A DNA stretch of 64,000 nt from Rhizaria sp. SCN 62-66 (GCA_001724265.1 MEDY01000015.1:62001-126000); one strand, 5' to 3'; numbered from the stretch's first letter, positions 34,997 through 48,839 are shown. Notes: generated by a model not told the origin, from the sequence alone. Made by a program: numbers and translations.

Positions 34997-37352
34997 ATGT
35001 CGACGCCAAAGGTTTTTTCCCACTCCCCTGCGTTTTCTGCGTCCCTGGTCGACGCCGCGGGCTCCGAGTTTCCCAAGACGCTCCCCACGGCGTATGACTA
35101 TGGCACCGCTGGCTTCCGCACAAAGGCTCAGCACCTGGCCTCGGTGGCGGCGCGCATGGGCGTGCTTGCGACGCTGCGCTCCGCGGCCTCGCGCCTGGCC
35201 GACGGGACGTACCCCGCGATCGGCGTCATGATCACGGCCTCGCACAACCCCGCCGTACGTGACCGCAGACTGCTAACGCCACTTAATGTTGAGACATGTT
35301 TCTCTGCAACGGTATCGATTTGACTGCCAATGCGATCTAAATAGCGTTGATTATAATGTTTCATCAAAGTAAAGTGTAATATTCTTGTTTGAACTCTTCA
35401 TATCAACATCTCACCATTTATAATTCTTCTAATCTCCGTCGCGTGCCATCCATTCTCATCGTCACGGTCACGCTACATTGTTTTGTGTCGTACACTGGAC
35501 TGCAAACGCAGCCCGACAACGGCGTCAAGATCGTCGACGTCAACGGCGGCATGCTCGAGATGTCGTGGGAACGCCACGCCGTTACTCTGGCCAACGCTGA
35601 CGACTCGGCTCTCTCCGCCGCCGCCGCCGCTGTCGCTGCCGACACGGGCGTCGACCTCGCTGCCTTCCCGGCCCCCACCTCGGTCCATAGTAGCGATGCC
35701 GCGCCGTTCTCGACCGCCCCGCTGGTGTTCGTCGGCCACGACAACCGCACATCGTGCCCCACTCTGCTCGCCGCGCTACTCAAGGGCGTACAGGCCGCCG
35801 GCGGCACAGCAGTCTCCTACGGTACGTCAACACTAAAATGACACTCTGTTAGTATATTGACCGTAGTATCGCAGTATGATGATGTATGAGTCTGTATTCG
35901 TGTTTTATGCTGTAATTTAGATCTTTAATCGATTTTCTGCATCTTATTCATGTCTGTTTTCTTTGTATGTGTGATATATTGTTCGTTTCAGGCGAGGTGA
36001 CCACCCCGATGCTGCACTGGTTCGTCGGCTCCTACAACGATGCCCTCCCCGCTTCCACCTCTGCACACTCCGTGTCTCATCCCGCCAGCGACAAGCCCCT
36101 TGCGCTGCCGACTGAGGGTGACTACTTCACTCATTTCGCCACCGCGTACGCCTCCGTCGCCGTCGCCAACGCTGCTGCTACATCCTCTGCGACTGCGAAG
36201 ATTGCTGCACCGGCGTCTCTGCACCTCGATTGCGCACACGGCGTCGGCTACGGCGCTGCCCGCAAGCTCGCCGCCGCCGTCGCCGCTGCCGCGCCCGCCG
36301 CCGCCGCCCGTTTCGGCCCCACCTTGCACTGCGGCAGCGAGGCCGGCGCCGACCCCGCCGTCGTGGACGCCAACCTCAACAACAAGTGCGGCGCTGACTT
36401 CGTGCAAAAGGAAAAGGCCTGCCCGCCCGCCGTCGCCGCTGCGGGCGCCTGGGCTGCCGCTGCCGCTGCCGCCGCCAGCGCCAGCGCGGACCAGGTCCGG
36501 TTCGCCAGTCTCGACGGCGACGCGGACCGCCTGGTGTACTACCATAGTGACGAGGCGGGGGCGCTGAAGCTTGTCGACGGCGACCGTCTCGCTGCCGCGC
36601 TGTGCCAGTATCTGCAGTCTCTGCTCACACTGTCCAATGCCGCCAACGCCGCCGGCAACGGCAACGGTGACGGTGCGCTGCGGTTGGGTGTGGTGCAGAC
36701 AGCGTACGCCAACTCGGCGTCGTCGCGCTTCGTCGAGTCGCTGGGCGGGTGGGAGCGCGTGGTCACGTGCACCGGCGTCAAGTACCTGCACGCTGCCGCG
36801 CTGGACTTCGACGTCGGCGTGTATTTTGAGGCCAACGGGCACGGCACGGTGCACCTCTCGCCCAAGGCGTTGCAGTACATCGCCAACGCGGGCGCGGACG
36901 CCGCGCTGAGCGCCGCGCTCGCGCCGGAGGGCAAGGCTGCACTGGCGGCGCTGTGCGCGCTGCCCCGCGTCATCAACCCGTACATCGGCGACGCGCTGTC
37001 CTGTCTGCTCCTGCTTGAGCTCGCTCAGGAGGCGCTCGGTGGCAGTGGCAATGGGCTGATTGCGTGGTCTGCGATGTACACCGACCTGGCGAGCAAGATG
37101 GACAAGGTCGTGGTACCGGACCGGCGCGTGGTCACCACCACCAACGCCGAGCAGACCTGCGTCACCCCCGCTGGGCTCCAGGCCGCCGTCGACGCCGCTG
37201 TCGCGCCGGTCGCCAGCGGGCGCGCGTTCGTGCGGCCGTCGGGCACGGAGGACATCGTGCGCGTGTTTGCCGAGGCCGAGAGCCAGGAGCAGGCCGACGC
37301 GCTGTGCAAGACCGTGCAAGCACTGGTCGCCGAGTACTGCGCCAAGTGCTAA
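34997..37352 (+). CDS. PGM3: Phosphoacetylglucosamine mutase; exons 34997-35254, 35512-35821, 35992-37352; ~642 aa
   Basis: YGTAGFR, catalytic [38 protein letters not shown], metal-binding [26 protein letters not shown] and [19 protein letters not shown]. Stop TAA. Confidence 0.95.
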
Positions 37353-38024
37353 GGGTTATTGTCGCATAATATGTAGCTTAATGAACGCAGTCAAGTCGAA
37401 CGATACAGCCTTACTACGCGCAAACATGATGTTTGTATCATCGCAGCAGCGCAGATGATATCGTGGCCCGATTGCAGCACGCGTTAGAGTTTACTCTACA
37501 GATAAGGTGTATTATTTTGACGTCGTGCAACTGCGCAATAACGGCAGTAAAGGTGGCTCAGACACGGTGCGTCGTAACATACGACTAAAAATGACTGCGG
37601 GATGTGATGTGTGCCGAAGACGATACGTTTAACAAAGACTACTAAATTGAAGAAGACGGTGATTTAACCATCAAGATATAATATGGGTTTGGTGGTGAAA
37701 AGAAAGAAAAGATTTGAATAGATATGAACAGGTTTAATCATGTTTTCAAGTTAAAAATACAAAATGTGCAAGGCATAAAGACCTCGTAAGATCATAGCAG
37801 TCGCTGTAACTTGAAAGCAGCTTAAGAATAGGTTTAGATTTAAAAATAAGATTCGAAGTGTTTGTGAGAAAACGCATCGATTCGGACTCATAAAACAAAA
37901 GATGATTGATATAAATTTGTGCGAACAAAGACCTGAATCGAGATCAATGTTTGCAAATCAGCAGTGAAACAACGGATATGTCGCACGACGAGGGTCCTAT
38001 CAGCGACACAAACAAAAACAACGT

Positions 38025-39153
38025 TTAAAGGTCGTAGTCTTCTTCCTCTTCTAAATCGCCGTCGTGATGTTCGTGGTCGCCGACACTCGCGTCCCCGTCC
38101 CCGTCACCGCCACCGCCAGTGCTCACGCTCGCACTGTCATCGTCACTCTCCTCATGTGCACCGCGCCGATTGTGAGCACCACGTGGACCACGTGGACCAC
38201 GTGCGCTGTGGGCGTCCCCGTCTTCATTGGCACTCGCGTCCGCGCTGGCGTCGGCACTGCTGCTATGCACACTCGCGCTCGCGCTCGCACTCGCGCTCGC
38301 GCTCGCGCTCGCGCTCGATGCACTGCCTGATTCGGTCTCTGTCTCAGCCTCTTTGGTCGTCGCGTCGATATCCGACCCGACCCCAGTGGCGCCTTCTGCA
38401 GCAACCGCTGCTGCTGCTGCTGCAGACTTGGCCTCTTCGCGAGCCCTGACGACGTCGGCATCATCCTGCCACAGTCGCGAAAAACATGAGAAGATTGTGT
38501 GATGAGTTGATCTGTGAGCGCACACATGTAATCAAGATATCTGCACATGATCTCACAGATTTATTTTATATATGGCAAATATGCAACAAATTGTTCGTGG
38601 AAACAGCAGGCGTACCTGGTTGACAAAGCGACCAGTGTTGCAGCGCGGGCACGGCGCGTGTGCGTCGTTCTCCTTGAACGGCACGTACAGACAGCGGTTG
38701 CACGCCAGCGCGCGCTTCTTATAACGCAGCGCGCAGGCGTTGCACAGACAGGACCCAATCCAAGCCTCGCGCCAGTAGGAGGACGAGCCGGTCAAACACG
38801 CCTCGCACGACTGAGGGCAACGCGCGAAGACAAAGCAGTGGCGAAATTAGACAATGACAGCATAACAAGTGAGACCAATGCAGATGATGTTATCTAGAAT
38901 CAAGCCTGAATAGTTGAAGTGCAGTTCATGTTTTTGAAATCACTGTGCAATGATAGCGCAGGCTTTTCGCAGACAAGAAAATCGCAAAGTAATCGAGGGC
39001 AACATTTGGAAAAAAACAGAGTGTAAACGTACCCGCCCCGGCATCACGCTGCCCACGCGCCCCGCGGCCGCGGCGTTATAGCTCGACACCGCAACGGCCC
39101 CGAACAGACGACCGGTCTTCGTCTTCTTCCTATGGCTGACCGCAGTCCTCTTC

Positions 39154-39184
<31 letters not shown>

Positions 39185-41603
39185 GTGGGTTGTAGCCGTA
39201 CGAACTGTAATACAGCTGCGAGGAGCCCGCGGCGCCCGTTTGACCGGCGGCGCCCGACCTCGAGCCCTTCATCGCGCGCGCCGAAGCCGTCGAGCTATAC
39301 TGGCCGCGACGGTAGAAGCTGTGCGCGCGCGGGTCTGAGGTGTACACGCCGTCTGCGTAGTACCCTCCGCGGCCGTCGCTGTCGTACACCGGCCCGTCGC
39401 CAGTGCTGCCGGTTGCCACGCTGTCGTCATCGTTGTCGACATCATAGTCGTCGTCCAGTCCGAGACCGCCGCCCGCTGCCGCCGACGCCGCCGACGCGGT
39501 GTGTGCGTCGTAGGGCCCGTAGAGCTGGCGGTAGATCGCCTGCTGCTGCTGGAACTGCGACATCGGCTGGCCGCGCTGCTGCTGCTGCTGTTGCTGCCCC
39601 TGCTGATGACGCAGCGGGCCGCCGTGTTTCCCGCGACCCCCCGCAGCGGCAGCGGCACCGGGGGCGGGGGCGTAGCGTCCGTAGCCCCCGCCGTCCCGGC
39701 CGCCCGCCGCGCCCAAGCCGGCGCCGCCGCTGCTGCTGCTGTTGCTGAGACTAGAAGGATTGCTCAGCAGCCCCGTCGCGTGCGCCAGCGCCTCCGCGCG
39801 CGGGGACCCGCCGGCGACCGCGGCCGTGGCGTTGGCCAGCACTGCTGCCGCGGCCTCGGGCCCGTGAAGTGACGCCAGGGCCATACGGGCGGACCACGAC
39901 AAACCGAGCTCGTCGGCCACAGCTGACTGGCCATACACGGCAGCGTTAGCAGCGGCGGTGGTCGCGGTGTTGCTGTTGTTGCAGATGTTGTGGCCGGTGA
40001 AGGAGAGCGCGCGCGACGACGCCGCCGGCCGCGCCGACAGTCCCGCAGGCACATGCGCAGCCCCGTGAGTCCCGTGTGTGACGGCGCTCTGCGGCAGCGA
40101 CGACGGCGGCGGCGAGTGGATGAGACTGATCCCGCCGAGCCCGTTGGTTGTCAACATCAGCTGCTGTTGCTGCTGCAGACCGAACGCGGCGGACCGCGGC
40201 GACTGCGGCCCCAGCTGCAGCCCGATGCTCGTCCCCCCGTTGTTGGGGCCCGGCGCCGGCGAGGGCGCGGCAGCAACGGCCGCGCCGGTGAACATCGAGA
40301 TCGGGAACGGGTGGCGACCGCCGGTGTTGGTGCCAGCGCCGTAGAACTGAGCACTCGCCGTCGCCGCTGTGTCGTGCAGCAGAGCGCCGCGGCCGGTCGA
40401 GTTACTGTTGTTGTTGCTGCTGGCGCGGATGGCGCCTGATGTTGTCATGCCGAGTGACAGAGTGCGGCCGTCACTGGAGAGCGTTGGCGGCTGCAACATC
40501 AGCCCAGCATGTTGTTGTTGCTGTTGTTGTTGTTGCTGCTGTGCTTGTTGCCGCACACTGGTGGTGCTTGCGCTCGCAGCAGCGTCGGAGCTTGTAGCAC
40601 CCATGAGGCCACTGCCGATGTGAGCTGTGGGCACAGGGGATTGGTTGAATCCACTGCGCAGACCTTGTCCAAACACGAACGCGGTAGTCTGCTGCATCTG
40701 CTGCTGTTGCGGTTGTTGTGACTGGTGTTGTTGTTGCATCGTTGTCACAGGCGGAGGCGAGGCGAACGGACCGTGTGCCGGCATAGAGCCAGCCGTTGCT
40801 GCGGTTGAAGCAGTTAGAACGCTTGTGGGGGCGTTCGCGCCGGCGGTGGCCACAGCTGGAGACGCGGCGGGGACTGGAGTCCGGCTGCGGCCAATCTGCG
40901 CGCCAGAAGTCCCGGTACCTGTGGCGGTACCTGCGGTGGTACCTGTGGTGGCGTATGCGCCGCTTCCAGTGTGGTTGACGCCGTTGTTTGTGCCGTTGTT
41001 GTTGTTGTTGTTGCCGTTGGATAGCATAGAGTGCGGCAAAGACTGTTGCCTCGAGATCAAGCCCGCAGACAGTGAACTAACACCGACACCGGGGGCAGCA
41101 GTGGAGCCGGCGCCAGAACTCGAGCCAGAGCTAGGGCCGGAACTATCGCCAGACCTAGAACCAGCGCTTGTGCCGGTGCTAGAGCCAGTGCTGACGCGGG
41201 TGACGGCGGAGGTCGGGATGGGAGACGCGTCAGTATCAGAGGTCACTGCATTAGCAGTGCCAGTGCCAGAGCCAGAGCTAGTGCCGGTGGGTCTAGAGGC
41301 AGTGGCAGCGCCAGCGGTCGGCAGTGGCACTGAGGCCGCGCCAGTGACGGCTGTCAGCGGCAGCTGAGCCACTGAGCCTGAGGTGCGCGACCGCGAGCGT
41401 GACAGCGGCGGCGGATGCGCAAGTGCGAACCCAGAGGCCAGCCCCGCAGTGGCCGCCCCGGTCAGTGTCGCAGCGGTTGCGGTCGCGGACGCGTGACTCA
41501 TGAGTGACGGCGACACGGCGAGCACCGACGGCGTCAGTCCGGCGGCGAGTCCAAAGCTGCCGCCGGCGGACGACAGACCGGGAAAGCTGCCGCCGCCGCC
41601 GCC

Positions 41604-41634
<31 letters not shown>

Positions 41635-44600
41635 CCGCCGGAGGTGGTGTGGCTGAACACGGCTGTGGGGCTCGTCAGAGACATCACGGCCCCGCCGCCG
41701 GCGCCAGAGGTGCTGCCGCCGGCCGCGTTTGCGGAGAAGCCGGGGCCAGGGCTGGTTGTGTTGTTGACACGCAGAGACAACTGCAGCTGACGCGGCGGCA
41801 GCTGTTGTGACTGAAACTGCTGCGATTGGGCGGCCAGCGGCAGAGCTGTTGGGGTTTGTTGGTGCGATCGTAAAGGCGACTGCGGCAGCTGCGGCTGAGC
41901 ATGCTGTGACTGAGCATGCTGTAGCTGGGCTTGCTGTGGCCTGGCCGCGGCGCCGCTCGGTCCTGGCGCTGCGCCTGCGCTGTTCGTAGTCGTGAGTACA
42001 GTCGGCGCAGGTGCAGGAGCAGTGACTGCAGTCACGGTAGCCGTGGCAGCGCGGGGCCGTGCCGCGTTGAGCGCGGCATTGAGCGCGCTTGGAGTGAGAC
42101 GGCCGCTCGTCAGCTCAAACGGCAATGACAGGGACTGCTGCTGCTGCTGCTGCTGATGCTGCTGCTGTTGTTGCTGTTGCAGAGGCTGGGACAGCAAGAA
42201 CTGTCCGTGCGACAGCGGCGGCGGCGACTGCGGTTGCAAGTTGTGTGACTGTGAGCGTGCCAGTGTGTGCGTCGGAATTGCTCCGGCAGCAAATGGGGGC
42301 GATGATTGCACTTCTGGCGCAGTCTGTTGCTGCTGTTGCGGCGCACGAGAGCCAGTTTGAGCGCCCATGCCCGAGTTTCCCGCATTGTTGGTGGTGTTGT
42401 TGTTGTGGGTCGCTGAAGCAGTGTAGCCCGCGCCGACCCGTTGCTGCTGCAGGTGTTGCTGACTGAAGCGCGGCCGAGGCAGCACCTGCAAACGCGGCTG
42501 CTGCTGCTGCTGCTGTTGCTGCTGCTGTTGCTGCTGCTGTTGCTGCTGCTGGTGCTGCTGGGAGGCTGGCGCTTGTGTGGCTGCAGACTGCGGCTCAGAG
42601 TCTGCCATAGCCACACACCCGCCGCCGCCACTTGAATTGCCACTGTGACGTTGATACTGTTGTTGATGCTGCTGTTGCTGTTGCTGCTGCTGCTGCTGCG
42701 GGTGTTGCTGGTAGTGTTGCTGCAGCTGATGAGGGCGGTGTGGACTCGGTGTCTGCGACGACTGCGCCGAGTGCGCTGCAGATGACGCGGCTGAGGGTGC
42801 CGCAGACTGCGCAGATGAGTGTGCAGCAGAGTGTAGTACCGAAGGGACCACTGAGTGCACTGCTGATGACTGGGCTGAAGGCTGGGCAGACGGCATCTGT
42901 GACACCTGACGGGGCTGCGACGGCATCTGCGACTGTGACGGATGCTGTAGCTGCGCCTGGGCCTGCGCCTGCGCCCGAGGCTGAGACAGTTGTGTCTTGC
43001 CTCGGGACTGCGAATGCTGCTGATGTTGTGACTGGAACTGCGAGCGCGGCTGCGCCAGTGTTGTCTCTACGGGTGGCGACGACTCCCTCGCCTCGGCAGC
43101 TGCGTGCACTTGTGTTGCGTCATCGCCGTGATTGCTATTTCCATTGTCATTGCTGATGGAACTGAGGACTGCTCTCGGCGACGCGGCTCGCTTGCGCCCG
43201 CGTCTCACTGCTCCGCCGCCACCGCCGCCGCCACCGCTGCTCGCGGTCACTGACTCGTGGCCCGCAGTCCCTGCGGGCGGCGGCGGCGACGACGACGACA
43301 GCGCAGGTGCGGCCGCAGTCGTAATTGGCGCGGTCGCAACCATGGCGGGCACTGCCTGTGACGCAGTGGCCGACGGCGGCAGCGGAGGAAGCAACGCGAC
43401 AGTGTCAGCGTCCGACGCCGCACTGACCGACGGCTGGGAGACGCCGCTCGCGCCTGAGATGGCTGCCGACGATGGCTCTGAGGACGGGGCACTTAGACTG
43501 TGCGCCGCAGCACTTACATGGCTCCAGCCGGTGGCAGTGAGATTCTTCGGGGTACCTAGTCGCGAGGGCAGGTGCACGTGGTCATCGCTTATACTGCTAC
43601 TCGCACTGATTGCGTCATGGCCTGTGCTCAAGAGAGCGATGTGGTTGATCTGGTGATGATGATCGTGTGTGTCATGTGTACTGTGTGTACCGTGTGTTCC
43701 ATGTTCACTTTCGGCACTCGCGTCGGTCATCGGCTGCTGTTGCTGCTGTTGCTGTTGTTGTTGTTGGTACTTCTGAGCTTGAGACCGCGTCTGTCGAGCC
43801 TTAGGCTGCTGCTGCTGCGGCGGCGGCGGCGGCGGCTCCTGCGTCTGCTGCTGCTGTAGCTGCAGCTGCTGCTGCAGCAGCTGCTGTTGCGTATGCGGCT
43901 GCGTCTGTGAACGCGTCTTATGAGGTGACTGCACCAGAGTCTGAGCCTGTTGAGTCTGAACCTCTGACTGCACTGGCGCCTGCGACTGCAGCCGCAGGCG
44001 CTGAGACGAGCGGCTTAACATACCGTGGACTGTGTTGCTGTCGGCGGCCGCGCTGTCGTCGTGCTCCTGGTGGTACTGCTCAGCCTTTGCGTCGGTTGAG
44101 CTGTCACGGTACGCCTCTGCGCGAGAACCAGTGCCGATGCCCGGGTAGCTGCTCTCTCTCTCGTAGGCGTGATTCGTGGTGGTGAGATGTGACCGCTCTC
44201 CGGTTAGAACACGTGCGTAACCACCGCGTGTACTGCCACGACCCGCAACGCCGCTTGACACTGCAGGCTCGCCGGTTGCAGCCGAAGTCGCAGTCGTTGC
44301 TGCTGGTGGTGGTGGTGTTGTTGTTGTTGTTGCAGCTGTTGAGAGAGGCGGCGGTGCCGGTGCAAGGGCCGAAGGCGCGGCTGACGCGGAGACTGAGCCG
44401 GGGGCTGATGGCGCCGCTGACACGCGCGCGGAGGTAGGGGCGGAGCTCGGGGCTGAGGTGGGAGCTGAGCCTGGGGTTGAGCCAGAGCCAGAACCAGAAC
44501 CAGAACCAGAACCAGCAGCGGCAGCGTTTAAACCAGAGCCGGCAGCGGTGCCAGGGCCAGTGATGAGGCCTGAGCCAGAGGCGGTGGAGCTGAGGGGCTC

Positions 44601-44720
44601 TGGGGGCAGAGGGAGGTGGCCGAGCTTGCTTGTGACGAGTTTACTTGTTGAAGTCTTGATGTCGTCACTCGTGAGTGTGTTTGTGTTGTTGCTGCTAGTA
44701 GGGTAGGCTCGTGATTTCAT
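38025..44720 (-). CDS. Giant polyQ-rich GATA zinc-finger transcription factor (Ash1-type finger plus extra Cys4); exons 44720-39033, 38810-38616, 38465-38025; ~2107 aa
   Basis: Spliced exon 2 reads SCEACLTGSSSYWREAWIGSCLCNACALRYKKRALACNRCLYVPFKENDAHAPCPRCNTGRF, containing the GATA signature CxxC-x17-CNAC-LRYKK. Donors GTACGT and GTACGC. Acidic C-terminus. Stop TAA. Confidence 0.8.
38270..38317 (-). repeat. (GCGAGC/GCGAGT)n hexamer repeat encoding an Ala-Ser dipeptide run
   Basis: + strand cactcgcgctcgcgctcgcactcgcgctc... in exon 3 of the GATA gene. Confidence 0.85.
41588..41640 (-). repeat. (GGC)n microsatellite encoding poly-Gly in the GATA factor
   Basis: Near-perfect GCC run on the + strand. 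Confidence 0.9.
42494..42560 (-). repeat. (CAG/CAA)n microsatellite encoding polyQ; one of many in the GATA and bHLH genes
   Basis: Run of CTG/TTG triplets on the + strand. Confidence 0.9.
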
Positions 44721-46019
44721 ACTAGCCGTGGGTTATCAGGCACGCAGGCACGGCTAGCACTCGCAGGCAAGAGCTAACGCCGCTGTGAGTGAGTCTGCAA
44801 GTGCGAGAGCAAGCGAGCGTGAACGCGAGTGACTTGGAGAGGGCGAGTTGTGACTAAGCCAAAATCACTAGAAGTCGCCTCACAGACTGAGCGCGGACAA
44901 GGCACTGCAGATAGCTGCCTGTTATGAGTCTGAAACGTAACAAACTTCAGAGCTGGCGGCGTAAGAGCTCTTAGAGGGACGTTTTTGATGCTAGAGAGAT
45001 GCTTTGAGAGCAAATAATGGTCTGTCGAGATTTCGGACTTGAAGGAAGTACCAACACGTTACACAGGATATAGCGCGCTGATTACACACTGCACAGACAA
45101 ACTGCGCGCGCTGGGGTGTGCCTGCAACGGAAAAGAAGGAAACATGAAATGACAAAGTTATTTTCAAATGAGCTCGTGATATTGAGAGGATAATGTGTGC
45201 TTAGAACATGCAAGTGACTGTCAGAAGGAGCAGGAGCCGCGAATGACTCATTTGACATAAACACACATACAATTAACGCATGATTGTAAATAAAAGAGTC
45301 ATTGAACGCAATTGTGCTAGTGGTCGTGTCGTAATGCAAGTTGTAAGGACGAAATATGGTGCACTTCGCACATTTCTTGACTCCGCAAGAAGGGACAGAA
45401 GGTGAGGGCACTCAAGCGTTGTTCGTCAGCATATCCTTGTGATAATAGAGATTCGAACTCAAATAATCCCACTAAACAATGTTCAATACAAATGTTGCCA
45501 AAGTTTCGTGGTTGTTTCGGCTCCATATGTTGATAATGTGGGGCAGCTGAAGAAAATGTAGTCGGCAAGAGACTAGCGCTTCTGAGGCCGCAAACTATTT
45601 TCGCAGGTGTCGAATTCGATGAAGTTTGTCCCTATCATCGTGATATTAAATTTGAAAGCTGGTCCCCGTATAAGTTTAATACTGAAAACAGGGATCTATC
45701 GCTAATCAATGATCTAGAGGCCCTAGAACAAGTTGTTTTTCGCACTCACCTTCCCGCCACTTGCAGTCTCAGTGACCGCCACAAACGGCTCCCAAAACTT
45801 GAAAAAATTGTACATCGTCGCTGAACAAGGACACAATTGCGATAATAAAATGTAAATGTATTTATCTATAGAACAAAAACACTGTATATATAACGTACTG
45901 GCCTGACTTACTCACTACCCCGTAGATATCCCTCCCCCTTCTGCTTCCACTCAGTCGGAGTTCTCAGACAAGTGTTGCTCGTAGGCATCACCGCGCATAC
46001 GCACGCAGCTTCGGCGCAT

Positions 46020-48162
46020 TCAGAACATGTCAGCAAGCCACATCGCCTCGGGCACGTAGTCGACGCGCACAATCTTCTGCGCAAATTGGCGGCCATGCAT
46101 CCACTTGGCCGTCTCAGCCGCTCCCTCAACACTGGTGAAGGCGATGTAGATAACATCCCCGCGCGCCTTGATGGTCTCCACGCGGCCCCACTTCTCTGCC
46201 TCCTCGCGCGTCTCGGCCATGATGTCGTCGTACTCGGCCTCCAGCTCCTCCACGGTCACCATGTTGCGCAGAGACAGGATCCGCGACGTGGGAGGGCCCA
46301 GCGGCGCCAAACCCCCGGGACCCGTGGCACCAGGCATCGCACCACTACCACCACCAGCAGCAGCAGCAGCAGCGTCAGGGGCACCGGGGAAGGGGAAACC
46401 CCCGCCGGGCGTTGGCATCATCATGCCGGGCATCCCCGGTCCAGGCATCATACCCGGCATGCCACCACCAACGCCGCCAAACGGGGCGTTATAGCCGCCC
46501 ATAGGGGCGGCGTTGGCGGGCGGCGGCAGCGGCGCGGGCGGCTGGCCGGCGACCGAGCACGTCACGCGGCGGCCCCCGACCTCGAACCCGTGGAGGACAG
46601 TGAGCGCGCGCGGCGTGAGTGACTCATCTTGGTAGCAGAAAAAGGCGAAACGGCGCTGTCCGTCTGGGGACGTGACGACCTTAAAGCCTGACAAGGCACC
46701 GATGGACTCGAGAACGCGCTGTACGTCCGCCTCGGAGAGGTCGTGGGGGATGTTGCCCAGGTAGAGCTTGTTCGGGCCGTTAGGCACGTGCGTCGTGATG
46801 CCGCCGGGACCCATGGGGGCGTTGGCGTTGTTGTTGTTCGAGTTGTTGCTGCCGCCCGCATTGCCGCCCAGGTTGGCGACGGAGGACGTCGTGGGCATGC
46901 CGCCGCAGCGCGTGAAGTCCGTCCGCGGCGGGTTCGCGCGGTACCACTCCGTCGTCTCCTTCGCGGGCTTCACGCGCAGCGTGAGCGTGCGACCGCCGCG
47001 CAGCTCGGCGACGACGCCGTCCAGTGCAAACGCGCGCTCGGCGTCGTCGCGCTCGGCCAGCTCGACAAACGCGAAGGTGCCCATGTGCTTGACCGCGGTG
47101 ACGGCGGGGCGGGAGGACGGCGGGCGGTCGTCGAAGGTCGGGAGAAGCTGGTTGAGGGCATCCTCGATGTCGCTCGCGGGGAGCTCCTGTTGTTGAGAAA
47201 GCAACAAACAGAAAACAACGGATATTGCACAAGATAGATGAGATACATACGATGATGTCAATATGAAGTATAAAATGTGAATACATACAAACACATCAAA
47301 AGATATTCAAATGTGATACATTTCTGCGAAGATATCGACATACGTTCGAGACGTTACCGACGTAGACACGACGGAAGTTAATCCCGCCTGGTCGGTTGGG
47401 GTTGCCCCCGTAGCTGCTGCTGTGGCCGCCCTGTCCCTGTCCGTGGCTCTGGCCGTAGGACGACTGCTCGCCAGAGTAACCGCCGAAGCCGCCAAACTGG
47501 CCCTGGCCCTGCTGCTGCAGCGGCTGCTGTTGCTGCTGTTGACCGACGGGGAGGCCCTGGTTCGCTAGCAGCTGCTGCAGCGCGGTGTCAGCGCTGCCGC
47601 CGCCCATAAGCGCGTTAAGGTCAATCCCGGCGTCGTCCGCGCCGTACCCGCCCGCGCCGGCGCTGCTGCCGCCACGGCCACCGCCGCGGGGGCCGTCGGC
47701 GTTGCTGACGCCGCCGCCGAAGGAGGTGGAGCCGATGCTCTGGAGGAAATACTCCTGCTGCCGGATCAGGTCCTCGGTCGTCGGCAGCACATCCCACAGC
47801 GTCGGCTGCGGAACGCCCGGCGGGCGCTTGCTGTCGTCGTAGCCGAAGTCGCGGCGCTTGGCCGTGGGCTCGACGTTGCCGACAACACCTTCGCGGTGTG
47901 CTGCGCTGCTACCGCCGCCGCCACCGCCGCCGTGGCCGCCGCCGTGACCGCCAGGGCCGCGACGGCGCCGGTTACCGCCGCCACCGCCGCTACCACCGTG
48001 GTGATCGTGCTGGTCGCGGAAGCCGCCGTGGCGATTGGGCTCGCGCTCGGCGGGGCGGGAGACGGCAGAGGAGTCGCCGCCCTCGAGGTGGTGCAGCCCC
48101 AGGGAGGACATGCGCTCCGGGTTGATGTAGGAGCGGAAGGAGGAGGATCCTTCGCTCGACAT
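46020..48162 (-). CDS. U2AF2: Splicing factor U2AF large subunit (U2AF65-like: ULM, RRM1, RRM2, UHM); exons 48162-47344, 47186-46020; ~661 aa
   Basis: TLWDVLP (U2AF35-binding Trp), RRVYVGNV...FAFVEL...AFALDG, PNKLYLGNIP...FAFFCYQD, and ILSLRNMVTVEELEAEYDDIMAETREEAEKWG...MHGRQFA. Intron GTATGT...CAG. Stop TGA. Confidence 0.85.
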
Positions 48163-48839
48163 CGGATCTAGTTCGTGTAACAGGCACGCAACAATTAAAT
48201 GCAAATGATAACAGAGATTGGGTGAGGGGGGCAAAGAGCGATTGCGAAAGAGGGGCATGGGTTTAACTGGGTCAGAGGGCCGAAAAGGTCTGGGATCTCG
48301 GTGGGTTCCCGAAGGATTGAAAGACTTTAAAATAAGGGATAAAGCGAGGCCGGCATAAAATTGCGGTTGAGAAGACGGTGTGTTGCTCTGTCGGAAACTA
48401 GATAGAGAGCCAGCTTTGAAAACTGAGCTGGGAATCAATCCGTTGTTCATCGCGCAGTCGCGCCAGTCGAGGGCCGAAAAAAAAACTCGATGGTTTGGAG
48501 TGAGACGTATCTGAACCGACCCAATATAGCGCACATCTCACTCTCTTCAGCGTCACTTGCAGTTTAATTAAGGCAACTGTGAGACTGTTTGCGCGTTTAT
48601 TGTGCAATTAAGTTTTCATACCCAGCAGTCGGATCTCGACCCTCGGATTTCTTCGAGATGAAAGCAGTCGACGATGCCTCCACACGCGAGCTCACTCTTT
48701 CCTCTCCCCCACTTTGTATCGGTCTTAACCACAGCTCTAGCACTCAAGCACCACGCCGCACGTTTGAAAGTTGTCTACCCTCGTAGCACCTACAGTGACA
48801 ACTTCCCTTGCGCAGGGTAACAGCTTCCCCCAGCACACA

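Noticed and set aside
35875-35940. C-box (ATGATGA) in PGM3 intron 2, possible snoRNA
   Set aside because: No downstream CTGA D box or terminal stem.
45445-45480. tRNA-like A/B boxes on the minus strand (GTTTAGTGG...GAGTTCGAATCTC)
   Set aside because: The spacing leaves no room for an anticodon arm and there is no acceptor stem.
48163-48534. 124-codon N-terminal extension of the U2AF ORF in the track
   Set aside because: Composition is non-coding and pyrimidine-rich, and it ends in an acceptor-like TAG. ATG 48162 is more plausible.
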